64,000 bases of DNA from Kiritimatiellia bacterium (lineage in GTDB: Bacteria > Verrucomicrobiota > Kiritimatiellia > RFP12 > UBA1067). This document shows, piece by piece, positions 22,601 to 29,465 of this stretch. Both the position numbers and the translations under genes were made by a program. The DNA lies in the NCBI GenBank assembly GCA_016296065.1, contig JAEDKA010000011.1, positions 12,792-76,791 on the forward strand, given 5' to 3'. How positions within the stretch are numbered: the first letter of the stretch is position 1; each line of letters begins with the position of its first letter. The notes under the pieces were generated by a model, which was not told the origin of the DNA, searched no databases, and worked only from the letters and a program-made list of their open reading frames with translations.

Positions 22601-23147
22601 CGATTGCACGACGTATGGCGGTATAGCGCTGGCATTCGTCAAGCGCCAGCTTGTCGAAATTCTGCCTGGGGTCGCCACCGCAGAAATCCACCTTGATGAA
22701 ATCAAAATCGTGTTCACGGAAATAGTAGTCTGCGTCTTCCTCGTCATGAAGGTAGAAGCCGACTCCTATGCCGAATTTGTCCTTGTCCCAGAAGCTGCCG
22801 CACGTGTTCGCGCCACCGTCCGAGTATATGCCGGCCTTGAGGCCGAGCGAATGTATGCCGTCGACGATCCCCTTGAGTCCATTCGGGAATCGCTCGGGAT
22901 GCGTTTTGAGACGTCCGGTAGCATCGCGTCCGCCGAAGAAGCCGTCGTCGATGTTAACATGGTTGTAGCCGCAGTCCTTAAGCCCCAGCTCGACCAGAAG
23001 CCGCGCCTGCTTCATAATCAGCTCTTCACTGATGTTGACACGGTACGTGTTCCAGCTCGACCACCCCATCAATGGCGGCTGCTCATCCGCCGCGATTGCC
23101 GCAGCGACAATTATGACAAAGTATGCGCATGAAAGAATCTTATTCAT
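16656..23147 (-). CDS. 2163-aa secreted enzyme with four catalytic modules: GH27 alpha-galactosidase-like + CBM-like + GH78 alpha-L-rhamnosidase + CE4 polysaccharide deacetylase + GH106-like
   Basis: GH27: PPLMGWSSWNTY, NIDDGFFGG, GIYSDGG, DFIKVDFCG (aa about 20-400). GH78: DCPQRTERLGWTGDTQVF (aa about 876, nt about 20520). CE4: TFDDGLLDQY (nt about 19251-19265) and ASHGWAHG. GH106-like: KAWWFFGQTETTHEGITADAEAMKRVGFGGVVYY (nt about 18590) and ILDSHEAGAQNWT. Signal peptide MNKILSCAYFVIIVAAAIAA. Confidence 0.88.
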   Translation of the reverse strand: MNKILSCAYFVIIVAAAIAADEQPPLMGWSSWNTYRVNISEELIMKQARLLVELGLKDCGYNHVNIDDGFFGGRDATGRLKTHPERFPNGLKGIVDGIHSLGLKAGIYSDGGANTCGSFWDKDKFGIGVGFYLHDEEDADYYFREHDFDFIKVDFCGGDPRQNFDKLALDECQRYTAIRRAIDAAKPGVRMNICRWDFPGTWAAELADSWRISHDIRPRWSSVKDIIRQNLYLGAYASRGHYNDMDMLEVGRGMTEVEDHTHFATWCFMSSPLLIGCDLEKVKTDARLLELLADKELIALNQDIAEPQGTVVRRDGEAYVLARDIGEAFGTTRAVLFLNLSDEKKDLSVTMEELDLDPADAEGDAISVSLPPHGAAVRRVSGRRRREKRRYEAETAYLPLYQELCNAAEAKTAYYRESKEASGGVVVSGAGGRGGNDIVFRRVWSEKGGEYELSIAALGDGAKPAISVNGVHAEVSRVRLNPGVNEIRLSNSVAVLPEIDYIELKPASQDAEFIGAGAANGVRPAYVRREVVNGEKVTNAVWRVTGLGVFTPIVNMKRVSSSPDESEILMPGYTHFKKRRHEIALDVTDKWNCARGATNVISAIVTSGWWCDGIAGKFGGTWPAFRGVLTLTHDDGTATEIPTDESWIVTTDTPVVKAGIWEGESYDATKSVITDAAHWEAAKVSDEFKGEVSPRIGPPVVMRSDLILCHRFEDGKPVPFCLKIKPGETNIVDFGQNCAAVPDMQFSAEPGTKVTVRLGEMLNDGVAGHHGDGPKGSVYLANMRGASATFEYVCKGGARSDGAMEHYHPLHTFYGYRYAAISADKPLLCAIASVPVSSISKEMERGEIETGDERVNRLVKNAYWSMLSNYLSVPTDCPQRTERLGWTGDTQVFAKTGCYFADVRGFFAKWMQDVRDTQHADGVVPYVVPVGVFGDSGPIAGWSDAAVIVPWTLWRQFGDAELVRKGWDIMERYMARIAKNGYVSKRGNWLLCDWLSFEKLSVDQAKRWSNGSYTEEHLSYQNFLNACHLYGDALKMSELAAALSLEQGMDYADLARKTKERILSTWFRQDETLCDLFDGMQTPALFALKLGLGDREKIAGALVDAIHANGDRLATGFLGTPLVCEVLSEIGESRLAYTLLLQREFPSWLYSVDQGATTIWERWNGYTKEGGFGDVRMNSFNHYAYGAVVGWLFEHAAGIKPDAMHGGWRHFTLAPEPDERLGRISAKYKTDFGAIESEWKYESDGAVKYRVVVPPGTTASLLLPGCEVMELSEGEFIKTVPSRKASTPKCIVTYTFDDGLLDQYELAYPMFREAGLKATFFIIGSKIGNPDGMRSKAESHTPTMTWTQVREMAECGMEIASHGWAHGKYSKMDRTAILDDIRKNQIAIKENAGVECRSFAAPYNAKIGEDGVEVRGIAKEAGLPCFRMHQKAAGGKMSAERMNEMVENAKKNGEWLVFMIHGIARGYDAWENPDELRKHLQWIKEQNDVRVATFAEAASFAASEAQRAGHIPDECRPKAWWFFGQTETTHEGITADAEAMKRVGFGGVVYYDQYHGENPRADRLWSDKWWDGIEFAASEAARLGLTFETAVGNGYVAGGPWIDPAHAMKTLAVIDRDTNGGKVTLSLPVAKDRGWQKTVAVLAIPLPVAGGMFVDMEYAGHEKGLASTMQHPGGMYGYREKTFKAVTNSLPKIPRWQAKTAEVVDFVSRGDTPVCVDMKDVRDITENFDESDRTLRCELPAGRWKVLRFVAVPTGGRTKHGRPEAMGLECDKMSVAAAELHWKSYTKRIIDRLKSKGIPLAGIILDSHEAGAQNWTDDMLKEFARRRGYDFRPYLPLMAGYCVAPNAEDVLADFRRTCVELIAERYYGTFDRLCREEGLSFTGQAGGGMFMIADSVFSKKYISIPEGEFWGYQKFGAYDVKDTSSAAHLYGKKIASAEAMTDAPYKMTIPELRRRCDLAFAFGVNAMTACAVPHLPKKDCGVKAPTGPREYGLNRSNPWWEGSRPFWDYIAFCSWMLRQGEPAPEALFYAGDDVPVKIIASKVPKALGGLDWDFATGDAAARMTKTAEAWTTPEGIRYGYVVDSEGRTLAGTPPARRLNLPHISRLLPSGEKLAFIANDTEHEVKVDLGGESAVVIDPWTRCQTTESSVVIPPGESRFVKGSL

Positions 23148-23205
23148 GGCTCCATTATACCAAACACTACTTCGTCATTGCATACCCAGTCGGGTACTAA
23201 TCAAG
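23101..23205. repeat. Promoter + signal-peptide cassette, copy 1 (copy 2 at 63263-63367)
   Basis: About 84 % identity over the first 49 nt aligned, including the first ~45 nt of coding sequence, plus an identical 25-nt block catacccagtcgggtactaatcaag. Confidence 0.7.
23148..23197 (-). promoter_or_regulatory. Leaderless-type promoter with perfect palindrome TACCCAGTCGGGTA
   Basis: GTACCCGACTGGGTAT-N22-TATAAT-GGAGCC-ATG. Hexamer 23154-23159, palindrome 23183-23196. Confidence 0.6.
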
Positions 23206-23267
23206 ACACACATTCCCGCCCGGTTCTCCTGCCTTCCGTTTTGATGCTCGCCGTATTCACATTGGGT

Positions 23268-23705
23268 TCACTTGACCGTCTTGGTGCCGGTCACGCGCCC
23301 CATCGAGTCGCGATAGGTCGTCTTGCCGTACCGGTCGGTGGTGGCGCTGCCCTGAAGCCGCCCCTGCGCGTCGCGCCACGTCGTCTTGCCGTAGCGGTCG
23401 GTCGTCATGGTGCCCTGGGTGCGTCCCATGGCGTCGCGCCACGTCGTCTTGCCGTAGCTGTCGGTGGTCATTGTACCCTGCACGCGGCCCATCGCGTCGC
23501 GATACGTCGTCTTTCCGTAGTTGTCGGTCGTCTTCGTGCCCTGAAGCCGCCCCATCGAGTCGCGATACGTCGTCTTGCCGTAGCTGTCGGTCGTCATCGA
23601 CCCCTGCACACGGCCCTGGGCGTCGCGCCAGACCGTCTTCGTGTCGGCCTGGCAGACAGCCGCCACCGCCGCCGCGAACGCGAATGCAATTACGATTTTC
23701 TTCAT
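23268..23705 (-). CDS. Small secreted protein made of six tandem 21-aa YD-repeat-like units
   Basis: Signal peptide MKKIVIAFAFAAAVAAVCQA, followed by TVWRDAQGRVQGSMTTDSYGK / TTYRDSMGRLQGTKTTDNYGK / TTYRDAMGRVQGTMTTDSYGK / TTWRDAMGRTQGTMTTDRYGK / TTWRDAQGRLQGSATTDRYGK / TTYRDSMGRVTGTKTVK. SD AAGGGAG lies 7 nt upstream. Confidence 0.75.
   Translation of the reverse strand: MKKIVIAFAFAAAVAAVCQADTKTVWRDAQGRVQGSMTTDSYGKTTYRDSMGRLQGTKTTDNYGKTTYRDAMGRVQGTMTTDSYGKTTWRDAMGRTQGTMTTDRYGKTTWRDAQGRLQGSATTDRYGKTTYRDSMGRVTGTKTVK
23271..23636 (-). repeat. 63-bp tandem coding repeat, about 5.8 copies
   Basis: DNA periodicity underlying the 21-aa units of the CDS at 23268-23705. Confidence 0.8.
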
Positions 23706-23753
23706 TTCAGTCTCCCTTTCTTGGTTTTGACGACTAGTTAGGGACGCAATCCT

Positions 23754-24005
23754 TCAGAATCTGACAAGAAAAAACAGCGACCGTCCGGATGGATGAGCGA
23801 CCTCCTTGAAGATTCTTGCATGTATGGAGATGTAGTATTCTGGGGTGAATTCAAACGCGCCATCGTTGATGACCTTGACGATCAGCTCTGAAACCTTGTC
23901 AGGCTCATCCGCAGGAATTACCACGCCAAAGCCATGCTCGGCCTCCGCGCCTATCTCGCGCCGTCCGGTTTGACGTGCGAGACAGTCATGTGATACAATG
24001 TGCAC
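23754..24005 (-). pseudogene. Possible Fic/DOC-family N-terminal remnant (truncated before the HxFxxGNGR motif)
   Basis: GAFEFTPEYYISIHARIFKEV fits the pre-motif helix GxF(D/E)x6IHxx(I/L)Fx(D/E)V of Fic proteins. The ORF stops 12 residues later. Weak call. Confidence 0.3.
23970..23999 (+). promoter_or_regulatory. Canonical sigma70-type promoter of the ACT-domain gene
   Basis: TTGACG (23970-23975), an 18-nt spacer ending TGa (extended -10), then TACAAT (23994-23999). An identical copy lies at 63622-63651. Confidence 0.55.
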
Positions 24006-24030
24006 AATTTAATGGACATTGAACATCACC

Positions 24031-24399
24031 ATGAAACTTGAAGCGATAAAAGGCGAATTCTCCGTATGCAAGGTAGCGGACTACTCACTCACAGACCTCT
24101 CCGCACCTTTCGTGTTCACTGGCGCGACGGACGAGGAACGATCGCTCGTGTGTCCGACAGTGTCCGTCCCGGAAAACACGACCGACCGCGACGACGGCTG
24201 GCGCGCGTTCCGCGTCATGGGCACACTCGACTTCTCGCTCACCGGCATTCTCGCGCGACTGTCCGCCGTACTCGCCGAGAACAAGATCGGGATATTCGCC
24301 GTATCCACATTCAACACAGACTACATCCTCACCAAGAGCGCCAATTTCGACCGAGCGCTCGCCGCACTGCGCGCGTCAGGGTACGAAATAGACGCATAG
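24031..24399 (+). CDS. ACT-domain protein (ACT_7-like small-molecule-binding protein)
   Basis: MKLEAIKGEFSVCKVADYSL...WRAFRVMGTLDFSLTGILARLSAVLAENKIGIFAVSTFNTDYILTK. ATG 24031 preferred over the TTG at 24019. Confidence 0.75.
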   Translation: MKLEAIKGEFSVCKVADYSLTDLSAPFVFTGATDEERSLVCPTVSVPENTTDRDDGWRAFRVMGTLDFSLTGILARLSAVLAENKIGIFAVSTFNTDYILTKSANFDRALAALRASGYEIDA

Positions 24400-24577
24400 C
24401 CACGCCACAGGCCTACTTTGTGTTGTTGACGGTAGTATAGCAAACTTCCCTGTCGCTGTGCTAGAAAATGGGTTATTGCCGGGGTCGGAGGGTGCAACGG
24501 GCGATTTATGCAAGGATACGGCAAACTGCCCCGCATCTGCGCATAGCGCATATATTGGCGTATATGTGTTTGCGCCT

Positions 24578-24608
24578 GCGTCGCGGAGCGACGCTACCCC
24601 CTGCCAAG
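24578..24608 (+). repeat. REP-like hairpin element
   Basis: gcgtcgcGGAgcgacgc followed by taccccctgccaag. A degenerate inverted partner gggggtccgtcgcgcgg lies near 24638-24655. Confidence 0.7.
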
Positions 24609-24829
24609 CGATCCGTTCACTACAGGGCCACCCTACAGGGGGTCCGTCGCGCGGGGCCTTGCGGCTGCTTCGCAGTTCGCGCTACGCGCTCACCCAACCC
24701 GACGCCTTCGGCGCGGGCGCATCCCGCGACGGACATTCGCAGCTATCGCACAGAATCAAAAGAATCGGGAGCGCGCGAGAAAAGCGAATGGAAAATGACT
24801 TTCTAGTCAACTGCTCCACGCCCTTCCTT

Positions 24830-24863
24830 GTTGCGTCGCGGAGCGACGCAACCCCCTGCCAAG
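24830..24863 (+). repeat. REP-like hairpin element
   Basis: gttgcgtcgcGGAgcgacgcaac (10-bp stem) followed by cccctgccaag. Confidence 0.75.
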
Positions 24864-24959
24864 ATTCGTGGTCCCGCGAAGCGCAAAACATGACAACATA
24901 GACTATGCAGCGACGTTTGGCACTACATAAATATCTCGTTGCACCCGGGGTCGGAGATG

Positions 24960-27200
24960 TTACTTCCTCTGGACGGTTATGCGGCCGTCGGGGTGGAGAA
25001 GCTCGAGTTCATAGCTGTCGCCCTGCCAGGAAAGCTTCTTGACCTTGATTCCGCCCGGGAGGAGAAGCCCCGATATGCTGCCCTTCTTCCATGACGCGGG
25101 CTTGGCGTTGAGCACCAAGAAGCCTCCGTCGGGGCCCTTTGTGATGAGCGCGTCGGCTATGATACCCGGGAAGCCGCCCGATATGTCGATGTTGAAGAGC
25201 CAGCCCGGATCGTGCAGCGTGCCGAGCGCGTCGGTGAAGTATGTCTCCTGCAGAAGCTTGATCGCACGCTCCATCACCGCTGCGTCTCCGACCTTCGCCG
25301 CCGCGTAGCCGATCTGCGTCACGCCGAACGCCATGTGATGCTCCTTCTCGTGAAACGTCATGCGTGCGTCGAGCGTTTTCTTTATCGCCGCGACGAAGGC
25401 CGCGTTCGTGAGAATCTCCGCCGGCGCCTCGTCGTAGAGCGCGTAGACGTGAGAGGCGTGCCGGTGGGAGTTGTTGTCCGGCGTATCCGGTATAAGCCAC
25501 TCCGCCCAGAAACCGTCCTTCGAGACTGTGTACGGGGCAAGGCGCGCGCGCTTCTGCGCCCATTCGCGGACGCTCCCCTCGTCGCGCTTAAGGATCTTCG
25601 CGGCCTTCGTCGCATAGTCAATGGACTGCTTGGCGACGGAGATATCCATCGTCGGATTGTTCATGGTCGAATAGCCGCCCTTCGGAAGATCGGGATTCAT
25701 GACTTCGCCCTGCGAACGGAAGTCGCCGTGCGGCGCGTTCTCCGGCGAATAGCCAGGCGCGAAGCCGAGCGTGCCGTCAGGCATCTCCTCCATGCAGTCG
25801 CAGATGTAGTCCGCCGCATCCTTCAAAAGCGGATAGACTTTCTTCAGCACTTTCATGTCCTGAGTCGCCTCGTACCAGCGCCAGAGATAGCCCGTCATCC
25901 ACCCCGCGCCGCCGTGCCACCACATCAGCTCGACGTTGCGGTAGTAGGCGGTCTCGAGTCCGGTCGTTGTGACCTGCCCCGGAATGTGGATTCCACGCGC
26001 GTTGTAGCCCTTCTTCGCCGCCTCCTTGAAGTCCTCGTAATAGCGCATGATCCACTCGTAGAGCGATTCATTGAACTCCGGCGTGTTGCCGCGCGTCCAG
26101 AAGCTCATCGCGCAAGGCATGTTCCCGTCGACGGTGTAGCTTCCGTTGTAGGGCGCAGACCAGCTACCGGACCAGAGTCCCTGCAGGTTCGGCAGAACGC
26201 CGTCCGGGCCTGTCGACGAAATGATGTTGTATCGTCCGGCGTGGAACTTGCGCACCAGATCGCGGTCTGGGAGATCGAGCGCGACGCGCCCCATCAGCTC
26301 CTTCATCACCGGCGCGTGGCGCTCGAGAAGCCGCGCGTATCCCGTGTCCGCGGCGGCCGAAAGCTCGCGCTTCGCCGTCTCGAACATGGAGTCGGTTCCG
26401 AACGGCAGCGGATAGATTTTCACGAACACCTCGTCGCCCTTGCGGAGACCCACGGCCTCGTAGCCATGGAACGGATTCTTCCCGTTCTCCTTGCGGAAGT
26501 CGACGCGGTAGTACATGTAGCCGTCCTTTTCGCGGATGCGCTGTATCGCCGCGTCGCCGCTGGGACGTCCGTTGGAGATCGTTTCGAAACCGACGGAGAA
26601 CGGACGTTTCTTCGCGTCCTTGACGCGCATCGCGATTACTCCGTCCGTGCGCGAGGCGAATATCCTGCGCTCGTAGTCGTCGGTGCGGACGGTGCATTCG
26701 CCGCGCTCGAAGTCCGTCATGCGGCGATAGCCTGTCGCGTCGCTCCACTTCGGCAGGTCCGGCGTGTCGACGACAAGGCTGACCGCGCCCATGAACGGAT
26801 CGCGCTTGAACGAATAGCCGCTTTCGTCCGACGCCTTCTGGATGACTTCGTCCCAGATTTCCTTTTCGCGTCCGGCGAGCGCCAGTTCGCGCGCCTTGTC
26901 GCGGTACTTGCCGAGCTCGAAATAACGTCCGTTCATGACGCGCGGGAGAAACAGCCTCGCGTGCGAGAGGAACATCTCCTCGTGCGCAAGCTCGCCCGGA
27001 ATCATTGCGCCCATCGCGCCGTTGCCCGTCAAAAGCGACTGCTCCCATGCGCGGCTCTTGGCGACGCCCGGCCTCGCCTGCGCCGGCGTCTCGCACACGA
27101 CGCCAAGCCTCGGCGCGCGGAACTCGTCCGCGGAAGCATTGAAAGAAAGGCCCGCGACGGCAATCGCGACAGCGCATACGAATGGATTGACAGTTTTCAT
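24960..27200 (-). CDS. GH95-like glycoside hydrolase (alpha-L-fucosidase/galactosidase family), secreted
   Basis: Signal peptide MKTVNPFVCAVAIAVAGLSFNASA. N-terminal WEQSLLTGNGAMGAMIPG. NLQGLWSGSWSAPYNGSYTVDGNMPCAMSFW resembles the GH95 NLQGIWN...YT.N.N..MNYW block. Paralog of 27213-29411. Confidence 0.75.
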   Translation of the reverse strand: MKTVNPFVCAVAIAVAGLSFNASADEFRAPRLGVVCETPAQARPGVAKSRAWEQSLLTGNGAMGAMIPGELAHEEMFLSHARLFLPRVMNGRYFELGKYRDKARELALAGREKEIWDEVIQKASDESGYSFKRDPFMGAVSLVVDTPDLPKWSDATGYRRMTDFERGECTVRTDDYERRIFASRTDGVIAMRVKDAKKRPFSVGFETISNGRPSGDAAIQRIREKDGYMYYRVDFRKENGKNPFHGYEAVGLRKGDEVFVKIYPLPFGTDSMFETAKRELSAAADTGYARLLERHAPVMKELMGRVALDLPDRDLVRKFHAGRYNIISSTGPDGVLPNLQGLWSGSWSAPYNGSYTVDGNMPCAMSFWTRGNTPEFNESLYEWIMRYYEDFKEAAKKGYNARGIHIPGQVTTTGLETAYYRNVELMWWHGGAGWMTGYLWRWYEATQDMKVLKKVYPLLKDAADYICDCMEEMPDGTLGFAPGYSPENAPHGDFRSQGEVMNPDLPKGGYSTMNNPTMDISVAKQSIDYATKAAKILKRDEGSVREWAQKRARLAPYTVSKDGFWAEWLIPDTPDNNSHRHASHVYALYDEAPAEILTNAAFVAAIKKTLDARMTFHEKEHHMAFGVTQIGYAAAKVGDAAVMERAIKLLQETYFTDALGTLHDPGWLFNIDISGGFPGIIADALITKGPDGGFLVLNAKPASWKKGSISGLLLPGGIKVKKLSWQGDSYELELLHPDGRITVQRK

Positions 27201-27250
27201 GCCACCATTCTATCAAACCCCGCTACCGATGAAAATACCTGTTTGGGTAC
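27201..27250 (-). promoter_or_regulatory. Leaderless-type promoter with imperfect palindrome
   Basis: GTACCCAAACAGGTAT-N22-TAGAAT-GGTGGC-ATG. Hexamer 27207-27212, box 27235-27250. Confidence 0.55.
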
Positions 27251-29411
27251 CAGCCTTACCGTTGACGCGCTTCACGGTTCCGTCCGGAAACCTAAGTATC
27301 GCAGAGAAGTCATCATCCTGCCATTCAAGACTCTCAAGGACAATTCCGCCACGCAGGAGCAGTCCCTTTATCGATCCCGACTTCCAGTCCTTCGGCTTCG
27401 CGGGAAGGAATCGAAGCAAATACCGTCCGCCGTTCCCTGTTCCCCGTTCCCCATTCCCCACCTCCTCCGAATGCACAAGCATTTCGGAAATGAGGTACGG
27501 ATACCCGCCGGAGATGTCGGTGTTGAAGCAGTTCTTCCAGTCGTGGCACGAGCCGCCGCCCTTCAGCCAGTTCTTTTCGGTCAGGAGCTTGAGGCACCGC
27601 GCCGCACGCGCGGCGTCGCCGATCTTGCACGCGGCGAGTCCGTTCTGAACGTACCCGAACGCCATCGTGCGCGAGCGGTTCTCGTTGAAGTCCATGCGCG
27701 CGTCGATCGTCTTCTTCACCGCAGCCACAAGCGCGGCGTTCGTCAGTATCTCCGCCGGGGCGTCGTCGTAGAGGGCGTAGAGGTGCGAGGCGTGGCGATG
27801 CTCGTTGTTGTCCGGCTGGCCGGGGGCAAGCCATTCGGCGAAGAATCCGTTCTCGCTTACCTGATACGGCGTGAGCCGCTCACGCATCGCGGACCATTTT
27901 TTGACAAGCTCAACGGGACTATCCTGCCCTACGAAATCCTGTGCATACAGTCCGAGCAAATTTGTCGCTTCGACGACTTCGTCCAAGAACTGCTTTGCAA
28001 TTGCAATATCCATCGTGGCGTTTACCGCCGTCGGCCGCTTGCCAGTCGGCCAGTTCTCGGGCGAATACGACGGATTGAAGCCAAGCGTTCCATCGGGCAT
28101 TTCCACTATGACGTCCTCATAATACTGAGCTATCTCCTTCATGAGCGGATATATGCGCCTTAGCCACTTTTCGTCGCGCGTGTGGCGGTATCCGTCGTAG
28201 AGGCGCGAGAGAAGCCACGCCGCGCCGCCGTGCCAGTAGACGTGCGGATAGTTCGCGTTCGAGTCCGTCTCAACTCCAGCGACAGTGGTCTGCGCGGCGG
28301 CGCGGAATCCGCGTGCGCCGAAGTGACGCTTCGCCGCGTCTCGCATTTCGGGGAGCCTCGCCTCTATCCATTTCAGCAGGCTTTCGTTGAACTCGGGCGT
28401 GTTGCCACGGCAGAAAAACGAGATAGCGCACGGGAGGTTTCCGTTCACCGTGAAGCTCGCGAACCACGGCGCGCTCCATGTTCCGGCCCAGAGTCCCTGG
28501 AGGTTCGGCACATGGTCACCTCCAACGGAGGAAATGATGTTGTACCGTCCGGAATTGAAATTGCGCACAATCTCCGCAGCGTTCTTCGGACCCTCCAGCG
28601 CAAACGAAACACGGTCCATCAGCTCTTTCTGCTTCGCGGCGCTTTCGGCAAGGAGCGCATCGTATCCCTTCTCCGCAGCCGCAGCAAGCCGCGCCTCCAT
28701 TGCAGCGCGATTGGAATTCTGTCTCTTCAAAAGCGGCTCTATAGCGACAAAGACCTCCGCGCACTCTGCGTCTCTGCGCCTCTGCGTTAACAAGACTTCG
28801 TACCCTGCGAGCTTATTCCACGGATTCTCGTTCCTGAACTCGCAGCGATAGTAGGCCGGCTCGGATACGATGCGGCGGATGCCCTTCGAGAACGCGGCGA
28901 TGTCGGCGCGTCCCGAAGGCTCGATTCCGGCAAGCGCAAACACTGCGTCGCTCTTAGACTCGTCTGCGGTCTTGACCGCTATCACATTCGCTCCGCGCAG
29001 CGCGACGACGCGACGCTCGTAGCGGCGTCCCTTTCCGTCCTTCGCACTTACGATGCACTCGCCCGTGTCGAAGTCGGTGCGCCGCGAATACTCCGAAGCC
29101 CCTCCAAGGCGCATGGAGATTTTCAGGTCGCACGCTGCCATGAATCCGTCCCGGTTGTTGTAGTCGCCGGGATTGCGCCTCGGATGGTTCACGAGCGCCG
29201 GCGGAGTGTCGCCCGGCTCCGGCAGATACAGCTTGCAGTGGCTGAGGTGAATGGACTCGTTCTCGATTCGCCCCTCCACCATCGCGCCGATCATGCCGTT
29301 GCCTGTAAGCGACGACTCCTGCCAGTTGGCGGCAGGTGCGTTCTCGATCCATTCAGCGCCATACGCCGCGTAAAACGCGGCCGCGGACAGAACAAAGACT
29401 ATCTTTTTCAT
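27213..29411 (-). CDS. GH95-like glycoside hydrolase, secreted (paralog)
   Basis: MKKIVFVLSAAAFYAAYG, WQESSLTGNGMIGAMVEG, NLQGLWAGTWSAPWFASFTVNGNLPCAISFF. Confidence 0.75.
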   Translation of the reverse strand: MKKIVFVLSAAAFYAAYGAEWIENAPAANWQESSLTGNGMIGAMVEGRIENESIHLSHCKLYLPEPGDTPPALVNHPRRNPGDYNNRDGFMAACDLKISMRLGGASEYSRRTDFDTGECIVSAKDGKGRRYERRVVALRGANVIAVKTADESKSDAVFALAGIEPSGRADIAAFSKGIRRIVSEPAYYRCEFRNENPWNKLAGYEVLLTQRRRDAECAEVFVAIEPLLKRQNSNRAAMEARLAAAAEKGYDALLAESAAKQKELMDRVSFALEGPKNAAEIVRNFNSGRYNIISSVGGDHVPNLQGLWAGTWSAPWFASFTVNGNLPCAISFFCRGNTPEFNESLLKWIEARLPEMRDAAKRHFGARGFRAAAQTTVAGVETDSNANYPHVYWHGGAAWLLSRLYDGYRHTRDEKWLRRIYPLMKEIAQYYEDVIVEMPDGTLGFNPSYSPENWPTGKRPTAVNATMDIAIAKQFLDEVVEATNLLGLYAQDFVGQDSPVELVKKWSAMRERLTPYQVSENGFFAEWLAPGQPDNNEHRHASHLYALYDDAPAEILTNAALVAAVKKTIDARMDFNENRSRTMAFGYVQNGLAACKIGDAARAARCLKLLTEKNWLKGGGSCHDWKNCFNTDISGGYPYLISEMLVHSEEVGNGERGTGNGGRYLLRFLPAKPKDWKSGSIKGLLLRGGIVLESLEWQDDDFSAILRFPDGTVKRVNGKAGTQTGIFIGSGV

Positions 29412-29465
29412 GTCAGAATTCTACCATAAGGCCTTCCCGCCGTCCATCCCCCGAAAAAGGTACTA
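29412..29465 (-). promoter_or_regulatory. Leaderless-type promoter
   Basis: TAGTACCTTTTTCGGGGGAT-N22-TAGAAT-TCTGAC-ATG. Hexamer 29418-29423. The box overlaps the stop of the upstream regulator gene. Confidence 0.5.

Larger units (their letters stand above)
23907..24399. repeat. Segmental duplication, copy 1 (copy 2 at 63404-64000, interrupted by a 155-bp insertion)
   Basis: Near-identical DNA. 23907-23965 matches 63404-63462, and 23966 onward matches 63618 onward (offset 39652). Confidence 0.9.
24491..24945. mobile_element. MITE-like 455-bp non-coding element (8-bp terminal inverted repeats, 11-bp flanking direct repeat)
   Basis: cggggtcggag at 24480-24490 and again at 24946-24956. Element ends are ggtgcaac (24491-24498) and gttgcacc (24938-24945). 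The interior carries REP-like hairpins and has no credible ORF. Confidence 0.35.

Noticed and set aside
24081-24317. 78-aa minus-strand ORF duplicated at 63733-63969.
   Set aside because: It is antisense to the ACT-domain gene in both copies. The duplication simply reflects the segmental duplication, and the product is compositionally implausible.
24458-24901. 147-aa and 112-aa ORFs across the 24.4-24.96 kb intergenic region.
   Set aside because: The reading frames are carried by REP hairpins (ASRSDATPCQ appears twice). There is no start context or domain signal, and the region lies inside the MITE-like element.
25212-28163. 983-aa plus-strand ORF, together with other very long antisense ORFs (88-1305, 7227-8561, 19239-21155, 45142-46626, 45198-46709, 60892-62355, 53944-55071 and others).
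   Set aside because: They lie opposite or out of frame with genes that have clear family motifs, and they are Arg/Ala/Gly/Pro-rich low-complexity products with no recognisable domains. Such ORFs are the expected by-product of stop-codon depletion in 60-65 % GC DNA.
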